Shown here: one piece after another, positions 59,958-60,386 of the stretch
Position numbering within the stretch: position 1 is the stretch's first letter
Layout of the letters: every line of letters begins with the position of its first letter
Source: a virus
IMG/VR virus record: IMGVR_UViG_3300048927_000480
Coordinates: 1 to 60,386 of that record
Length of the DNA: 60,386 nt
Reading direction: 5' to 3' (one strand)
Notes under the pieces: model-generated
Told to the model about the DNA's origin: nothing
Databases searched by the model: none
The model's input: only the letters and a program-made list of their open reading frames with translations
Made by a program: the position numbers and the translations under genes

Positions 59958-60371
59958 GTGACCAGCACCCTTAACAACGTCACCACGCTCCCAGTCCGCC
60001 GCGGTGCCCGCGTGCTGTCCGAGCTCGGGCACATGCGGGGCGTGGGCTACGTGGAAGGCTTCTCGTACAACCCCGAGCACGCCCCGGGCGGTGTGCGGCC
60101 GGTGCCGGTGGTGCGCTGGGCCAGTGGCGTGGTGAGCTGGCACGAGCCGAGCGAACTCGTGGCCGTGGAGCTGGGCACTGTGCTCACCGAAGACGTGCAC
60201 AACAACGTGGGCCGGTTGTGCATGGTGCCGCTCTACCTCGTCGGCGCCGGCGAGGAGGGCCGTACGTGGCGCCTCGTGTCCGCGGTGAGCGGCAACCGTT
60301 ACCTGGTGGTCAACCTGCGGACGGGGCGTGTGCTGGTGCTGGAGCACCGGAGCTTGACCAACCTGTACTGA
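59958..60371 (+). CDS. Hypothetical protein (137 aa)
   Basis: GTG 59958 sits behind the same CGGAGGTCACC RBS context as ATG 762. Its 3' end is duplicated at nt 1-112. Confidence 0.6.
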   Translation: MTSTLNNVTTLPVRRGARVLSELGHMRGVGYVEGFSYNPEHAPGGVRPVPVVRWASGVVSWHEPSELVAVELGTVLTEDVHNNVGRLCMVPLYLVGAGEEGRTWRLVSAVSGNRYLVVNLRTGRVLVLEHRSLTNLY

Positions 60372-60386
60372 GTCCACAGTGGACGC
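60260..60386. repeat. Terminal exact duplication, copy 2 (identical to 1..127)
   Basis: Direct comparison of both window ends. Confidence 0.95.

Noticed and set aside
1-60386. Integrase/attP, tRNA genes, transposases or IS elements, toxin-antitoxin pairs.
   Set aside because: No ORF shows tyrosine- or serine-recombinase, transposase or known toxin motifs by eye, and no cloverleaf-forming segment was noticed. Absence should be confirmed with HMM and tRNAscan searches.

Overview
The window is one complete tailed dsDNA phage genome of about 60.26 kb. It is high in G+C, and nt 1-127 are identical to nt 60260-60386, so the contig closes on itself. An actinobacterial host is inferred from a WhiB-like gene, TAnnnT-type -10 boxes, apparent leaderless starts and very high third-position GC.

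Layout:
- **Early arm (+ strand, 46.35-60.37 kb, wrapping to 0.26-1.3 kb):** about 35 small genes, including WhiB-like, MazG-like and DUF2493/SLOG-like proteins.
- **Gene-free region (1.3-3.3 kb):** about 2 kb with no convincing gene.
- **Replication block (- strand, 3.3-13.5 kb):** family-A DNA polymerase, a PrimPol-helicase fusion and several large unknown proteins.
- **Recombination block (+ strand, 13.6-18.5 kb):** SF2 helicase and a Cas4/RecB-like exonuclease.
- **Siphovirus-type structural block (+ strand, 18.7-44.1 kb):** TerL, portal, MuF-like protein, scaffold/protease, decoration protein, major capsid, connectors, major tail, G/G-T chaperones with a CCCAAAA -1 frameshift, tape measure and minor tail proteins. 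A lysis cassette sits inside the tail genes.
- **Short - strand block (44.3-46.25 kb):** RuvC-like resolvase and an XRE-type HTH regulator.

I recognised no integrase, tRNA, rRNA, CRISPR array or transposase.

Most notable non-coding signals:
- The gene-free region holds about 18 GGCGCAC(C) iterons. They form direct and inverted blocks around a central palindrome, next to a strongly G-tract-skewed segment and an AT-richer palindromic segment. This looks like an origin, centromere or protein-binding array.
- A 21-bp promoter-embedded dyad motif (ACGTnr-yCCAnnnGs-TAACGT) occurs 10 times and only in the early arm.
- A promoter-to-terminator unit of about 125 nt with no ORF is a candidate small RNA.
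- The distal tail protein contains 14 exact-register 60-bp in-frame repeats.

All functional calls come from motifs read by eye in the supplied translations. No database search was run.
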